From Ignavibacteriota bacterium (lineage in GTDB: Bacteria > Bacteroidota > Ignavibacteria > UBA10030), in NCBI GenBank assembly GCA_963701295.1, contig OY969585.1, positions 2,208,001 to 2,272,000 of the forward strand: a stretch of 64,000 nucleotides of DNA, written 5' to 3'. Both the position numbers and the translations under genes were made by a program. The notes under the pieces were generated by a model, which was given only the letters and a program-made list of their open reading frames with translations, ran no database searches and had not been told where the DNA came from. This document shows, one piece after another, positions 55,001-64,000 of the stretch (its first letter is position 1; the number at the start of each line of letters is the position of its first letter).

Positions 55001-55678
55001 CATTCGGCATGGCCCTCGATGGTGTGGCAGACGTATGATTACTATTTTGAACCGACTGCTGCCTATTTTGGCTGCAAGAAAGCTTGCGAACCGTTGCATA
55101 TTCAATGGAATCCTATAAGCGACAGTATCGAAGTTGTCAACTACAGGAATTCGAATGGAACAAAGCTTACGGCAGTGATGGAGATTCTCAATCTTGATGG
55201 CTCGGTAAAGTCCCAAAAGAAAATCGTTATCGATTGTCCTGAAGACCATACCGTTCAATGTTGTAAGATGGAATATCCAGAGCATTTAAGCAGCGTCTAT
55301 TTTATACGCCTAACTTTAAAAAAAGGCAAATCAACACTCTCGGAAAATCTTTACTGGCGCGGATTGAAAGAGGGAGATCTCAAAGCTGTTCTAAGTCTTC
55401 CGAAAGTGAAATTAGAGATAAACACAAAAGTGGTACGAAAAGGAAACCAATTGAATCTGACGACAACGTTGATCAATAAAACAAAACAGCCGGCACTAAT
55501 GGTCAAGTTGAACGTGGTCGGTAATAAGAGCAAAGAACGAATGTTGCCTGTCATCTTTAGTGATAACTTCGTATCGCTTATGCCGGGCGAGAAACGAAAT
55601 ATCACCTTGGAATTGCAGGATGCAGATACACGCGGTGAACAACCGGTCGTAGTTGTCGAAGATTTTCGAGAGGAATAA
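52079..55678 (+). CDS. GH2 glycoside hydrolase (beta-mannosidase/exo-glucosaminidase-like) with F5/8 type C domains
   Basis: EWVYVDLG, GRYVRI, GWDW, LWWPNGYG, GGNW, RIRNHPSL...GRNE, HSEMG. Confidence 0.88.
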   Translation: MKITTPWGKKTHSLPSWKFSSVTLLTIIFVLIFSVHAQEYTRGVGVYPGDPKEDFSPTMKIDSTNYRNLALHRPAYHSSSYNYNLTAQLITDGIKESQLPAWIVTTSSSDSIVKRNERETVLDRHIMTRKNLDGPVAWLQIEMAGNSIIPVLDSIDVSGSLLVDSLHAQHWNITILGSQDGSQWKKLGSVNGDTLPGDSVTGPWRRFLPPNLRVFSYPFKLNTLAHYKIYRVDVNSPNAKGWAITEFAMCSNGKRADIGGPYDFTSAWMSAGSKEEWVYVDLGAECSFDRIVLNWIRRPAVGSIQISYNAAHWKDLAPLPHHSDNVDDVKFESPIRGRYVRILMNQPESTDGCILSELEVYGTGGPIAIAHPQAPLRKDGRMDLSGGGWKLQRESLVHTNGETLSKPGFIDNDWIIATVPATVLVTYLNAGALPDPNFGDNQLLISDSYFYSDFWYRNEFTAPSVYKGKRMFLNFNGINWKAEVYLNGQKLGMIEGAFTRGQFDVTDILLPGENNVVAVRIKKNDTPGFVKEQTKFSHDANGGEIGADNPTFHASVGWDWMPTIRGRNIGIYNDVYLSVTGPVTIEDPFVSTDLPLPDTTSADITLALTLRNHTSSNVTGIIHGTFGTVRFEQSVTLNALETKSVKLSPATHPSLRLQNPKLWWPNGYGQQNLYDIELKFITADGGTSDSKTFRTGIREMSYSEDDGVLKIWVNGRRFIGFGGNWGFSESMLRYRAREYDIAVRYHREMNFTMIRNWVGQTANDEFYEACDRYGIMIWQDFWLANPVDGPNPDNNTMFMQNVDDFVKRIRNHPSLALYVGRNEGNPPEALDSAIRRVLLQIHPDVHYISNSASGVVSGGGPYRAMPIKFYFEKRATEKLHSEMGMPNMVSYESLKHMIPDSALWPIDRLWGVHDFSLESAQYGSSFIQQINDNFGPVNDLREWLLLAQWINYQGYRAMFEAQSKNRMGILLWMSHSAWPSMVWQTYDYYFEPTAAYFGCKKACEPLHIQWNPISDSIEVVNYRNSNGTKLTAVMEILNLDGSVKSQKKIVIDCPEDHTVQCCKMEYPEHLSSVYFIRLTLKKGKSTLSENLYWRGLKEGDLKAVLSLPKVKLEINTKVVRKGNQLNLTTTLINKTKQPALMVKLNVVGNKSKERMLPVIFSDNFVSLMPGEKRNITLELQDADTRGEQPVVVVEDFREE

Positions 55679-55698
55679 CTTAAATTAAAGGAATAAAA

Positions 55699-57513
55699 AT
55701 GAAAAATAATTCCCGCAGCTTTTCAGTAATCGGAACCATAGTTTTTGTATTCATTCTTTTAATGGATTTCAACCCTGTTCTCTGTCAGGAGAATAAAGGA
55801 TGGACGCACTTGAAATACTCGATCTTTTTCACTTATGGCGATTTGGTGCATCTACTGTCAGACAACGCTAAATTCAAGGAGACCATGTCCTACTTTGCCG
55901 CGGTGAAAATCGAGAAAGCTTACCTTGAAGGAAATAACCGCGGGGATGAAGAAATCTCGCTCTTGAAGAAAGTTTCCGAGCGGTTTCATGCAATGGGTAT
56001 AAAGACTGCAGGCGCAATGGTTCCTGTTTCCGAAAAGGGCGGGCCGATGTGTTACAATAATCCGGAAGATCTGACAACACTGGAAAAACGAATGCGGACG
56101 CTTGCTTCAATTTTTGATGAAATCATTCTTGATGACTGGCTCTTCACGATTTGTTATTGCGAAAAATGCGTTACGGACCGTGGAAATTTAAACTGGGCTG
56201 ATTATCGTACAAAATTAATTCTTGAAAAATCAAAACAGTATATCATCAATCCCGCAAAGGAAGTAAATCCTCATGTCAAAGTAACTATTAAATACCCCAA
56301 CTGGTATGAAGGACACCGGCAAAACGGTTACGATGTTTACAACGAAACCCTTCTTTATGATAAAATGGCAGTTGGAATAGAAACACGTATTTCAGAAACT
56401 CAAGACCAGCATATTCCGATTTATAGTGGTTATATTTTTCAGAAATGGTGGGCAAGTGTTGCCCCATCAAAGTGGGTTGGCTCCTGGTTAGACAATTATG
56501 GAATGAAAGGTGGAGCGAACTATTACAATGCTCAGGTTTGGCAAGCCGTCATGGCTCAAACACCTGAGATCATTCTTTGGTGTGCAGGTCAGCTTTATCC
56601 ACCCAACCCATCAAGCGATGTGTACCCTGATTTTGTTAAATTGCTTCCTGAGTTTGACAAGGTTGCCGGAATGCTGAAAGGTTCTTCTCGTGGAGTTCCG
56701 ATTTATCTTCCGTACGGTTCTATCGGTGAGTATAATATTTTCGGTTATTTTGGAATGATTGGAATTCCACTCACGCCGGTTGCAGAATTCCCGACTGAAA
56801 GTCAGAATGCAATATTCACTTTGCATTCACTTCAGGATCCTCAACTTGCAGCTGAAATGATCAAGCGCTTAAAAGATGGGCATGATGTGTTTATAACATG
56901 GGCTCTCTGGAAAAAATTGGAAAACAGTGAATTCAAGAATACATTCAGCTTGATTCCCCACGGAGGGTCAATTACGTCTTCAGAGTTTCGTATCCGGGAA
57001 GGATGGAATGGCCAAATTATCAAGGGCGATAAACCTTTTACATTCCCACGCATTGAAACGACAACGTGGCCATATGTCCGAGACGTGGCAGTTGTTGAAG
57101 AGGATTATGACATGGCGGTGTTCTTGAAAACACAATATCTGAATGGAACCATCTATGTCCTTAATACGCCTGATAACAGTTATGACTTGCAGCGTCTTCC
57201 GACTGAAGCGCTGAATATAATACGCCGGGCATTCAGCAAAGAACTCGGTTTTACTTTACAAAGTCCTGGAAATGTCGGGAGTTATTTGTTTGGACAAAAA
57301 CAATATGTTCTTTATAATATGGGAGATAAAGAAGCGCCTGTTTCACTGCGGTTCACCGAAAATATTGCAACTTCCGGTTGGTGCGAACTCCTCCATGATA
57401 AAGAGTTACTTGTAAAAGAGGATACGTCATTTGTACGGTTTAAAGGTCCCATTATCAGAGACGTCTCTCTCACGATTAAGCCTTTTGAAATTGTGATTGT
57501 AGAAGCTCCATGA
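55699..57513 (+). CDS. Secreted hypothetical protein, glycoside-hydrolase-like
   Basis: Signal peptide; EIILDD, CYCEKC, KYPNWYE, GIETR; lies directly after the GH2 gene. Confidence 0.5.
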   Translation: MKNNSRSFSVIGTIVFVFILLMDFNPVLCQENKGWTHLKYSIFFTYGDLVHLLSDNAKFKETMSYFAAVKIEKAYLEGNNRGDEEISLLKKVSERFHAMGIKTAGAMVPVSEKGGPMCYNNPEDLTTLEKRMRTLASIFDEIILDDWLFTICYCEKCVTDRGNLNWADYRTKLILEKSKQYIINPAKEVNPHVKVTIKYPNWYEGHRQNGYDVYNETLLYDKMAVGIETRISETQDQHIPIYSGYIFQKWWASVAPSKWVGSWLDNYGMKGGANYYNAQVWQAVMAQTPEIILWCAGQLYPPNPSSDVYPDFVKLLPEFDKVAGMLKGSSRGVPIYLPYGSIGEYNIFGYFGMIGIPLTPVAEFPTESQNAIFTLHSLQDPQLAAEMIKRLKDGHDVFITWALWKKLENSEFKNTFSLIPHGGSITSSEFRIREGWNGQIIKGDKPFTFPRIETTTWPYVRDVAVVEEDYDMAVFLKTQYLNGTIYVLNTPDNSYDLQRLPTEALNIIRRAFSKELGFTLQSPGNVGSYLFGQKQYVLYNMGDKEAPVSLRFTENIATSGWCELLHDKELLVKEDTSFVRFKGPIIRDVSLTIKPFEIVIVEAP

Positions 57514-57815
57514 GGATCAGATTCTGGAGATGGATTTTTGGACGCCATTGAATTTTTCTGAATATCATAGAAAAGAATACACATTCAAGTTCAGAATGTC
57601 CTTGTCCTGGATTCTTAATTATGGAATTCATAAGAGAGATATTTTTTGCTACCTGGCAACCCAAAAGGAATATTTGATTATATTATTCGCTGGTTGTTTA
57701 GAGGAACAGTCTATCACAACCGCCCGAAATATGACAGACGCACAAAACGCGAAAACTGGCGGGTTAACCATCCGATAGGATATACACTGACCGATAAAGA
57801 GTTTTTGAGAAAATC

Positions 57816-58298
57816 ATGACAAGACAAGTGAAAATCTCTGATGCTGATGCACTATGCCGTATCTATAATAAATACGTAACGGGCACACGAATTACTTTTG
57901 AGGAGACTCCGTTACAAGTAGATGAAATGGCAGACCGTATTAATAACATCACACAAAATTATCCATGGTTGGTCTATGAAAAAGATGGAAAAATCTTGGG
58001 TTATACCTATGCAAGCCAATGGAAGGGAAGGTCTGCATATCGTTATTCGGTTGAAACAGGAATATATATCGATTCGGACTTCGTCAGCAAAGGAATAGGC
58101 GCAATACTGAAGGGAGAGTTGCTTAAGGCATTAAGGGAAAAATCGATTCATAGCGTGATATGTGGGATTGCGTTACCCAATCCAGCAAGTATAGCGCTAT
58201 GCGAAAAATTTGGTTTTAAAAAAGTTGCTCATTTTAAAGAAGTGGGCTATAAATTAGGTGAATGGGTGGATGTTGGCTATTGGGAGCTAATACTATAA
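57816..58298 (+). CDS. GNAT acetyltransferase, Pat/YncA-like
   Basis: IYN.YV...ITFE, GYTYA, RSAY, GIG, LPNPAS, GYKLGEWVDV. Confidence 0.9.
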   Translation: MTRQVKISDADALCRIYNKYVTGTRITFEETPLQVDEMADRINNITQNYPWLVYEKDGKILGYTYASQWKGRSAYRYSVETGIYIDSDFVSKGIGAILKGELLKALREKSIHSVICGIALPNPASIALCEKFGFKKVAHFKEVGYKLGEWVDVGYWELIL

Positions 58299-58334
58299 AA
58301 TACATTTTTTCTCACACGAGCATCAGAAGAACAT

Positions 58335-58721
58335 ATGCAGCAAAAACGTCAAGACCACGAACAGCCATCCGTTATTGCCAGGCAAGGTTGGCGATATCAC
58401 CACTTAGGCATCCCTACTTCAATTCCCCATCCCGATGAGCGTTATCTGCCGCATCTCAAGATACATGTTTCGGGTTTTGAGAGCAGCCCTTACGGTATTG
58501 AGTGGATGCGTTTCGATCCAGACTGCGAGATATCTGAAGTTATCAGGACGGTGCCGCACATCGCTTTTGAAGTGGACGATCTCGATGCGGCGCTCATCGA
58601 TCAAACTTTGATCGGTGAAGTGAGTTCACCATCCGATGGAGTGAGAGTAGCTATGATTATTCACGATGGTGCTCCTATCGAACTCTTAGAGTTTCCAAAA
58701 TCAAAAATAATATCGAGATAA
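58335..58721 (+). CDS. VOC (glyoxalase-like) family protein
   Basis: YHHLGIP, HIAFEVDDL, DGAPIELLEF. Confidence 0.75.
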   Translation: MQQKRQDHEQPSVIARQGWRYHHLGIPTSIPHPDERYLPHLKIHVSGFESSPYGIEWMRFDPDCEISEVIRTVPHIAFEVDDLDAALIDQTLIGEVSSPSDGVRVAMIIHDGAPIELLEFPKSKIISR

Positions 58722-58864
58722 TGTCGAATAAAAGAAATTGGTTGCCTATCCAGCAACTCAAGCTTGACTTGGAACCTAAGCGCAAATAATTCTAAGATCA
58801 GAACGAATATTAAAGCGGGAGAGAAGAATCCCGTTTTTACTCATCAGATTCAAAGGAACTGATT

Positions 58865-59731
58865 ATGAAAATTACTAAGGCGGTCATCACTGCAGCCGGT
58901 AAGGGACAGCGGAATCTGCCTCTCCAGACACTTATCGACCGTGATGGTCAGCAGAAATCTGTCCTCAGCGTCATTGTCGAAGAGGTCGTGCGGGCAGGAA
59001 TCAAAGATATTTGCATCATTATTCATCCTGATGATGAAGATGCGTTCCGTTCGGTTGCAGGGGACCATTCCAGGCATTTGTCTTTTGTGTACCAGAAAGA
59101 ACCGCGCGGATATGGTCATGCTGTTTGGTGTGCGAAGGATTTTACGAAAGGAGAATCGTTTCTTCATCTTATCGGCGATCATCTGTATGTAAGCAGGACG
59201 GAGAAAGGATGCGCCCAGCATGTTGTAGAAACCGCGGAAGCAGAATTATGCGCTGTCTCAGCAGTACAGGCTACACGTGAAGGGCTTCTTCCGAATTTTG
59301 GCGCAATCAGCGGCAAGCGTATTCACGGCAAAAACGATCTCTATGTGATTGACCATGTCATCGAGAAACCTACGCCTACGGAAGCTGAACAACGATTGAT
59401 CGTACCAGGACTTCGCACAGGGTACTACTTCTGTTTCTTTGGAATTCATGTCTTAACACCAGCAGTGATGGAAATCCTGGATGAATTCAAGAAAACGAAT
59501 AATACACATCTTGCCACCATTTCAAATGCCCTGCAAGAATTGGCACAGAAAGAAAAATATCTCGCACTGGAAATGAATGATTACCGGTACAATGTCGGTG
59601 TCAAATATGGATTGCTGAATGCACAACTTGCCCTTGCGCTCCATGGAAAAGATCGCGATGAAGTTATTGCTATGCTTATGGAGATGCTTTTACTTCGTGA
59701 ACACCATGCAAACGAAAGGAGCAGAGAATGA
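58865..59731 (+). CDS. Sugar-phosphate nucleotidyltransferase, GalU-like, divergent
   Basis: [32 protein letters not shown]. Confidence 0.8.
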   Translation: MKITKAVITAAGKGQRNLPLQTLIDRDGQQKSVLSVIVEEVVRAGIKDICIIIHPDDEDAFRSVAGDHSRHLSFVYQKEPRGYGHAVWCAKDFTKGESFLHLIGDHLYVSRTEKGCAQHVVETAEAELCAVSAVQATREGLLPNFGAISGKRIHGKNDLYVIDHVIEKPTPTEAEQRLIVPGLRTGYYFCFFGIHVLTPAVMEILDEFKKTNNTHLATISNALQELAQKEKYLALEMNDYRYNVGVKYGLLNAQLALALHGKDRDEVIAMLMEMLLLREHHANERSRE

Positions 59732-62700
59732 GCCGCCTGACTGCCCTTATTACGGCAGAGAACCAGGATATCCGCGATCAAGCGCTCGATGCATTCTGTC
59801 ATTCGGCATCGCTGGAACAATTGCTTGATGAGTGTGCGTCTCTCGAACACTTTCGTCATGCAAGTTCCAATCTCTACGAACAAGTTAAGGCGCTGTTTTT
59901 CCTGTATGCGATTCATCGTTTCCACATACCGTCCAAAAAAGAATTTTCAGCGCGCGGACTTATTCCGTTTGATGGATATGAAGATCTCTTGCACCGCCGT
60001 TTTGAAGAAGCCATTCAGAGATTTCTTTCTGCGCAGAACACGAACGGACCTCATGATGGTATTTCGAGCGCGCTTGCTGCGGCGTACCGCAATCTTGGTT
60101 TTCAGACACTGGCAAATCAAGTACGGGCAAGCGTCCGCTCTGTTCGTGGAAATCAGTGGATGTTCAGAGCAGGGCATCCTTCAGATCATCCGCTGCGCAT
60201 TGATCCGATCCTGCTCAAAAAGACAAACGGGCTCTTCCCTATTCTTCACGAACAAACTCCTGTACGTATGGATTTATCGCATAGCGGCTGGAGTGATATT
60301 TTCTTTTTAGGAATGGATTTTCCTGAAGGCGCACGTGTTCTCAACATCTCTATCGATCTTGCTGTCAAGGATCAAAATGTTCAGCAGATTCCCCGCCCTC
60401 CAGTGGAAGCATATTTCAGAATTATTGATACGCCTGTTATTCGGTTGCTCAGCACCGATCTTGGAGCTGTAGCGGAAATCACTTCGTTCGCCCAAGTATT
60501 TGATTATGCAGCAGATTATCTTGGTTTACTCAAAGCTGCAGTAATCGCCTCGGGAATTGTACCGCCTAGTATGGAAGGTGTGCATCAGTCCATCTCGGAT
60601 CTCTTGTCACAGTTGGCAGGGCCAGGTTTAGGAATCGAAATTGTGAGCCAGGTGAATGGAATTCCCAAGGGATCTCGTCTCGCTGTTTCGACAACGCTTC
60701 TTGGTTCTATTATTTCTGTTTGTATGCGAGCCACGAGACAAACTTCTGCGCTCATCGGGTCATTGACCGAAAGCGAGCGGCGCACCGTCGCTGCTCGAGC
60801 TATTCTTGGTGAGTGGCTCGGCGGATCAGGAGGCGGTTGGCAAGATTCCGGAGGCATCTGGCCCGGCATCAAGCTTATAGAAGGAGTATGCAGCGCAGAA
60901 GGCGATATCGAGTACGGCATCAGCCGTGGGTGTTTGCTGCCTCATCATACAATTCTTACACTGGATGATGTCTCCCTGCAGACACGAACACAACTTCAAG
61001 AGAGTCTTGTTCTTGTTCATGGAGGTATGGCACAGGATGTCGGACCAATTTTAGAAATGGTCACGGAGCGTTATCTGCTTCGTTCGGAAATTGAATGGAA
61101 GGGACGACAACAAGCTCTTGCGTTATTCGATCAGATTCTTGCGCAGCTCAAGGGAGGAGATATTCATGCGTTAGGCAAATCCACGCATAAGAATTTTCTT
61201 GGCCCGATACAGACGATCATCCCGTGGGCAACAAACCTGTACACCGAATCTATTATTGCACGCATTGAGGCAGAATTTGGAAATGATTTTTGGGGATTCT
61301 GGATGCTTGGCGGAATGTCCGGCGGAGGAATGGGATTTCTTTTCAATCCAACACGCAAACGTGAAGCTCAGGCCCGCCTGCAGGATATTATGAGTTCTGA
61401 AAAAAAACGCCGCGAACATGGAATACCATTCGCCATGGAACCCGTTGTGTATGATTTTTCGATTAACGAAAAAGGATCATGGGCAGAAATGCTGTCTGGT
61501 GAGAAGACAGTGATGCCGCCGCTCTATTATACTCTCACTGTTCCATCCCTGATTCGCCGGGACCCGCGAACGATTACGCTCGATCAACGGAATGAACTGG
61601 AACATTTTTCTTCAGTGTGCAGAACTCATCCGGCGCTTGAGGGGATGCTGCAGAAAATTTTTGACCGTATTTTGCCGGAAGGAGGTATCCAGACCACACA
61701 TCTCCATACTTTAGAAGAGCTGCTTGAACGATATGGATTCGACAGAATTCAGCATGACCAAATAAAGGTCGATTTGCGCAGTGGCCGTATCGGACTCGCG
61801 CAAAACCGTCTTCCTGTCAATTCTACGATAACAGATGTGAAAGATGAAGATGTATTCGATATGTCTCAACAATCATCTTCTCACTATGCCTCAATTGGGT
61901 CTGAGGCGCTTGCATCAGGAACCGTTGCGGTGTTTACTCTGGCGGCTGGTGCCGGGAGCAGGTGGACAAAGGGTGCAGGAACAGTAAAAGCGCTCAATCC
62001 ATTTTGCCGGATCGGCGGAGCACACCGCACTTTTATAGAAACGCATCTGGCAAAAAGCCGGCGCTCGATGAGACAATTCAGAACAAACATTCCTCACATT
62101 ATTTCGACGGGCTACCTCACGCACGAAGCTATCATGAATTCTTTGGAAGATGAACTGCAGTATGGATATGAAGGCGAAGTTTTTCTGTCGCCAGGAAGCA
62201 GTATTGGATTGCGTTTGATTCCCACCGTACGGGATCTCCGATTTGCATGGCAAGAAATGCCGCAGCAGATTCTTGATGAACAAGCTCAGAAAGTGCTTGA
62301 AAGTCTCCACTCTTCTTTGATGGATTGGGCGCAACGAAGCGGTGAAGCAAGCGATTACATCGATAATCTTCCTCTGCAGTGTCTTAATCCTGTCGGACAT
62401 TGGTACGAGATTCCAAATCTTTTTCGTAACGGCGTTCTCTCGCGATTGCTGAAAACAAATCCCCGGCTCAAATATATCCTCGTACACAATATAGACACGA
62501 TGGGTGCAAATCTCGATCCTGCTCTTCTTGGACGGCACATAGAAAGCCAAGCCGGTATGACCGTTGAAGTCATCACCCGCCGGTTGGATGATCGCGGGGG
62601 CGGATTAGCACGCATCGATGGAAGAGTCCGGTTAATCGAAGGGCTTGCACTTCCTCGTGAAGAGTATGAGTTCGTCCTCTCCTATTACAACACAGCTACA

Positions 62701-63063
62701 TACTGGATCGATCTTCATCAGATGCTCCAAGTATTTGGGCTTGCTCGTCATGACTTGGACGATCAGAAGAAAGTAACAGAAGCGACGCGTATGATTGCGT
62801 CACGTATGCCGACATACATCACGCTGAAGAACGTTAAGAAACGTTGGGGCAAAGGCCAGGAAGATGTCTATCCCACGTTACAATATGAAAAACTCTGGGG
62901 CGATATGACAACCTTGCCGGAACTTCGATGTTTCTACATTGCTGTCCCGCGGGAACGCGGTCAGCAATTAAAAGAGCCGGCACAAATGGATGGCTGGCTC
63001 AGAGATGGATCGGCAGACTATATAGAATCGCTATGCGAGTGGCAGAAAGACAAGAAGAAGTAG
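59728..63063 (+). CDS. GHMP sugar kinase fused to a UDPGP/USP-type UDP-sugar pyrophosphorylase
   Basis: Kinase motifs PVRMDL...[26 protein letters not shown]; C-terminal [27 protein letters not shown]. Confidence 0.8.
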   Translation: MSRLTALITAENQDIRDQALDAFCHSASLEQLLDECASLEHFRHASSNLYEQVKALFFLYAIHRFHIPSKKEFSARGLIPFDGYEDLLHRRFEEAIQRFLSAQNTNGPHDGISSALAAAYRNLGFQTLANQVRASVRSVRGNQWMFRAGHPSDHPLRIDPILLKKTNGLFPILHEQTPVRMDLSHSGWSDIFFLGMDFPEGARVLNISIDLAVKDQNVQQIPRPPVEAYFRIIDTPVIRLLSTDLGAVAEITSFAQVFDYAADYLGLLKAAVIASGIVPPSMEGVHQSISDLLSQLAGPGLGIEIVSQVNGIPKGSRLAVSTTLLGSIISVCMRATRQTSALIGSLTESERRTVAARAILGEWLGGSGGGWQDSGGIWPGIKLIEGVCSAEGDIEYGISRGCLLPHHTILTLDDVSLQTRTQLQESLVLVHGGMAQDVGPILEMVTERYLLRSEIEWKGRQQALALFDQILAQLKGGDIHALGKSTHKNFLGPIQTIIPWATNLYTESIIARIEAEFGNDFWGFWMLGGMSGGGMGFLFNPTRKREAQARLQDIMSSEKKRREHGIPFAMEPVVYDFSINEKGSWAEMLSGEKTVMPPLYYTLTVPSLIRRDPRTITLDQRNELEHFSSVCRTHPALEGMLQKIFDRILPEGGIQTTHLHTLEELLERYGFDRIQHDQIKVDLRSGRIGLAQNRLPVNSTITDVKDEDVFDMSQQSSSHYASIGSEALASGTVAVFTLAAGAGSRWTKGAGTVKALNPFCRIGGAHRTFIETHLAKSRRSMRQFRTNIPHIISTGYLTHEAIMNSLEDELQYGYEGEVFLSPGSSIGLRLIPTVRDLRFAWQEMPQQILDEQAQKVLESLHSSLMDWAQRSGEASDYIDNLPLQCLNPVGHWYEIPNLFRNGVLSRLLKTNPRLKYILVHNIDTMGANLDPALLGRHIESQAGMTVEVITRRLDDRGGGLARIDGRVRLIEGLALPREEYEFVLSYYNTATYWIDLHQMLQVFGLARHDLDDQKKVTEATRMIASRMPTYITLKNVKKRWGKGQEDVYPTLQYEKLWGDMTTLPELRCFYIAVPRERGQQLKEPAQMDGWLRDGSADYIESLCEWQKDKKK

Positions 63064-63146
63064 GCGAAAAATTTAATGCATTTACCCAGAGAGATACGTG
63101 TTTCGACATTTTGATAATTTTCAATGGCGTAGCTTAGCGCCCATCC

Positions 63147-63634
63147 GTTAAGCGGCAGGAAAGAATATTATGAAATACATTTCTCGATTAAACGAACAGA
63201 AAGAAATCCTAAATAATTTCTTTGATAGAAAGATTATTTATAATAAGAGATATAGAAAAGGTGGATGGACGGGAAAAGAAGTATTGATCCACATTAAAGA
63301 TGCTGAGACTGTAGCTTATGACAGGCTTAGAAGAATTATATCGGAGGAGAATCCGATTCTTTGGTTTTTTGAGCAAGATTTATGGCAAAAGAACCTCAAT
63401 TATATGAAACAGGATATTTCGCTTGCAAAACAGGTGTTTAGCACAAATAGAGAATCAATTGTTGAAGCAGTTGAAATGCATTTGAAAAAGTTTGCAAATA
63501 AGGAAGGTGTTCATTCTCGACGTGGTGTTTTGAGTATGAAACAATTAATTGAATTTCTTATTTGGCATACAGACAAACACATAAAACATTTAAAGAAAAT
63601 TAATCCTGCCGTCTAACCATGCGAGGAAGCTGAC
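63147..63634 (+). mobile_element. Orphan integron-type cassette carrying the DinB gene
   Basis: Starts GTTAAGCGGCAGGA, preceded by GTAGCTTAGCGCCCATCC; ends TCCTGCCGTCTAAC (12/14 complementary; the stop is the TAA of TAAC), then catgcgagg-AAGCTGAC. Confidence 0.7.
63170..63616 (+). CDS. DinB/YfiT family protein
   Basis: WTGKEVLIHIKDAE, RLRRII.E, HTDKH metal motif. Confidence 0.85.
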   Translation: MKYISRLNEQKEILNNFFDRKIIYNKRYRKGGWTGKEVLIHIKDAETVAYDRLRRIISEENPILWFFEQDLWQKNLNYMKQDISLAKQVFSTNRESIVEAVEMHLKKFANKEGVHSRRGVLSMKQLIEFLIWHTDKHIKHLKKINPAV

Positions 63635-64000
63635 GGAAAAAGCGTATGTGGATTTCACCGCGCGTGGAAAGTAAAGATGAATAATTTAAACATAGGAACT
63701 CGCACGAGAGCAGTAGAAATTGAGGTCGTCATCTTCGAGTCAACGGAGACTCGCAACGTAGGCAATATCTCCGATGACAAATTCACTGCGCCGGCTGGAG
63801 TATCGATTTAACAAATGCCGCTGAACCATTTTAAAAAGAGCCAGAGGCCTGTAAAATTTTTATATAATGAAAAATAAATTGGTAAAAGGTGTCAATAGTA
63901 TTCTCCCGAGGCAATATGCAGTGCAACTGTACAGCATTTATACAAGCTATCAAGTGAAATGATAGATGCTTATATTGGGTAAGCATCCTGAAAATTATAT

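Overview
A ~64 kb bacterial chromosomal window. The gene set and protein styles suggest Ignavibacteria/Chlorobi-Bacteroidota affinity; this is inferred, not searched. It has three zones. (1) 1-13.5 kb, accessory: a TetR-headed operon (outer-membrane protein, ABC ATPase, two LolE/FtsX-like permeases, a frameshifted LolA-like protein), a complete 829-bp IS1595-family element with terminal IRs and a near-perfect 8-bp TSD, nitroreductase/SDR/GNAT genes, an unannotated four-way-junction RNA with its own terminator and a sigma54-like promoter, beta-PGM, a GT-C glycosyltransferase and an aldo-keto reductase. (2) 13.7-43.9 kb, intact housekeeping backbone: guaA, ABC pair, LpoA-like, radC, LysM pair, phoH, mazG, tRNA-Ala(CGC), SRP RNA, RNase E/G, gcvT, comB, ftsK, lolA, uppP, PPIase, holA, prenol kinase-DUF92 fusion, carboxyltransferase, mltD, pdhABC. 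(3) 44-64 kb, accessory: secreted glycoside hydrolases (GH5, GH42-like, GH2, one unassigned), a GalU-like gene coupled to a GHMP kinase/UDP-sugar pyrophosphorylase fusion, pseudogenes, and several small genes bracketed by half attC-like sites with no integrase in the window. Best leads: the structured ncRNA at ~9.6-9.8 kb, the dispersed orphan integron-type cassettes, and the kinase-pyrophosphorylase sugar-salvage pair. All calls come from reading the sequence; no database searches or folding programs were run.
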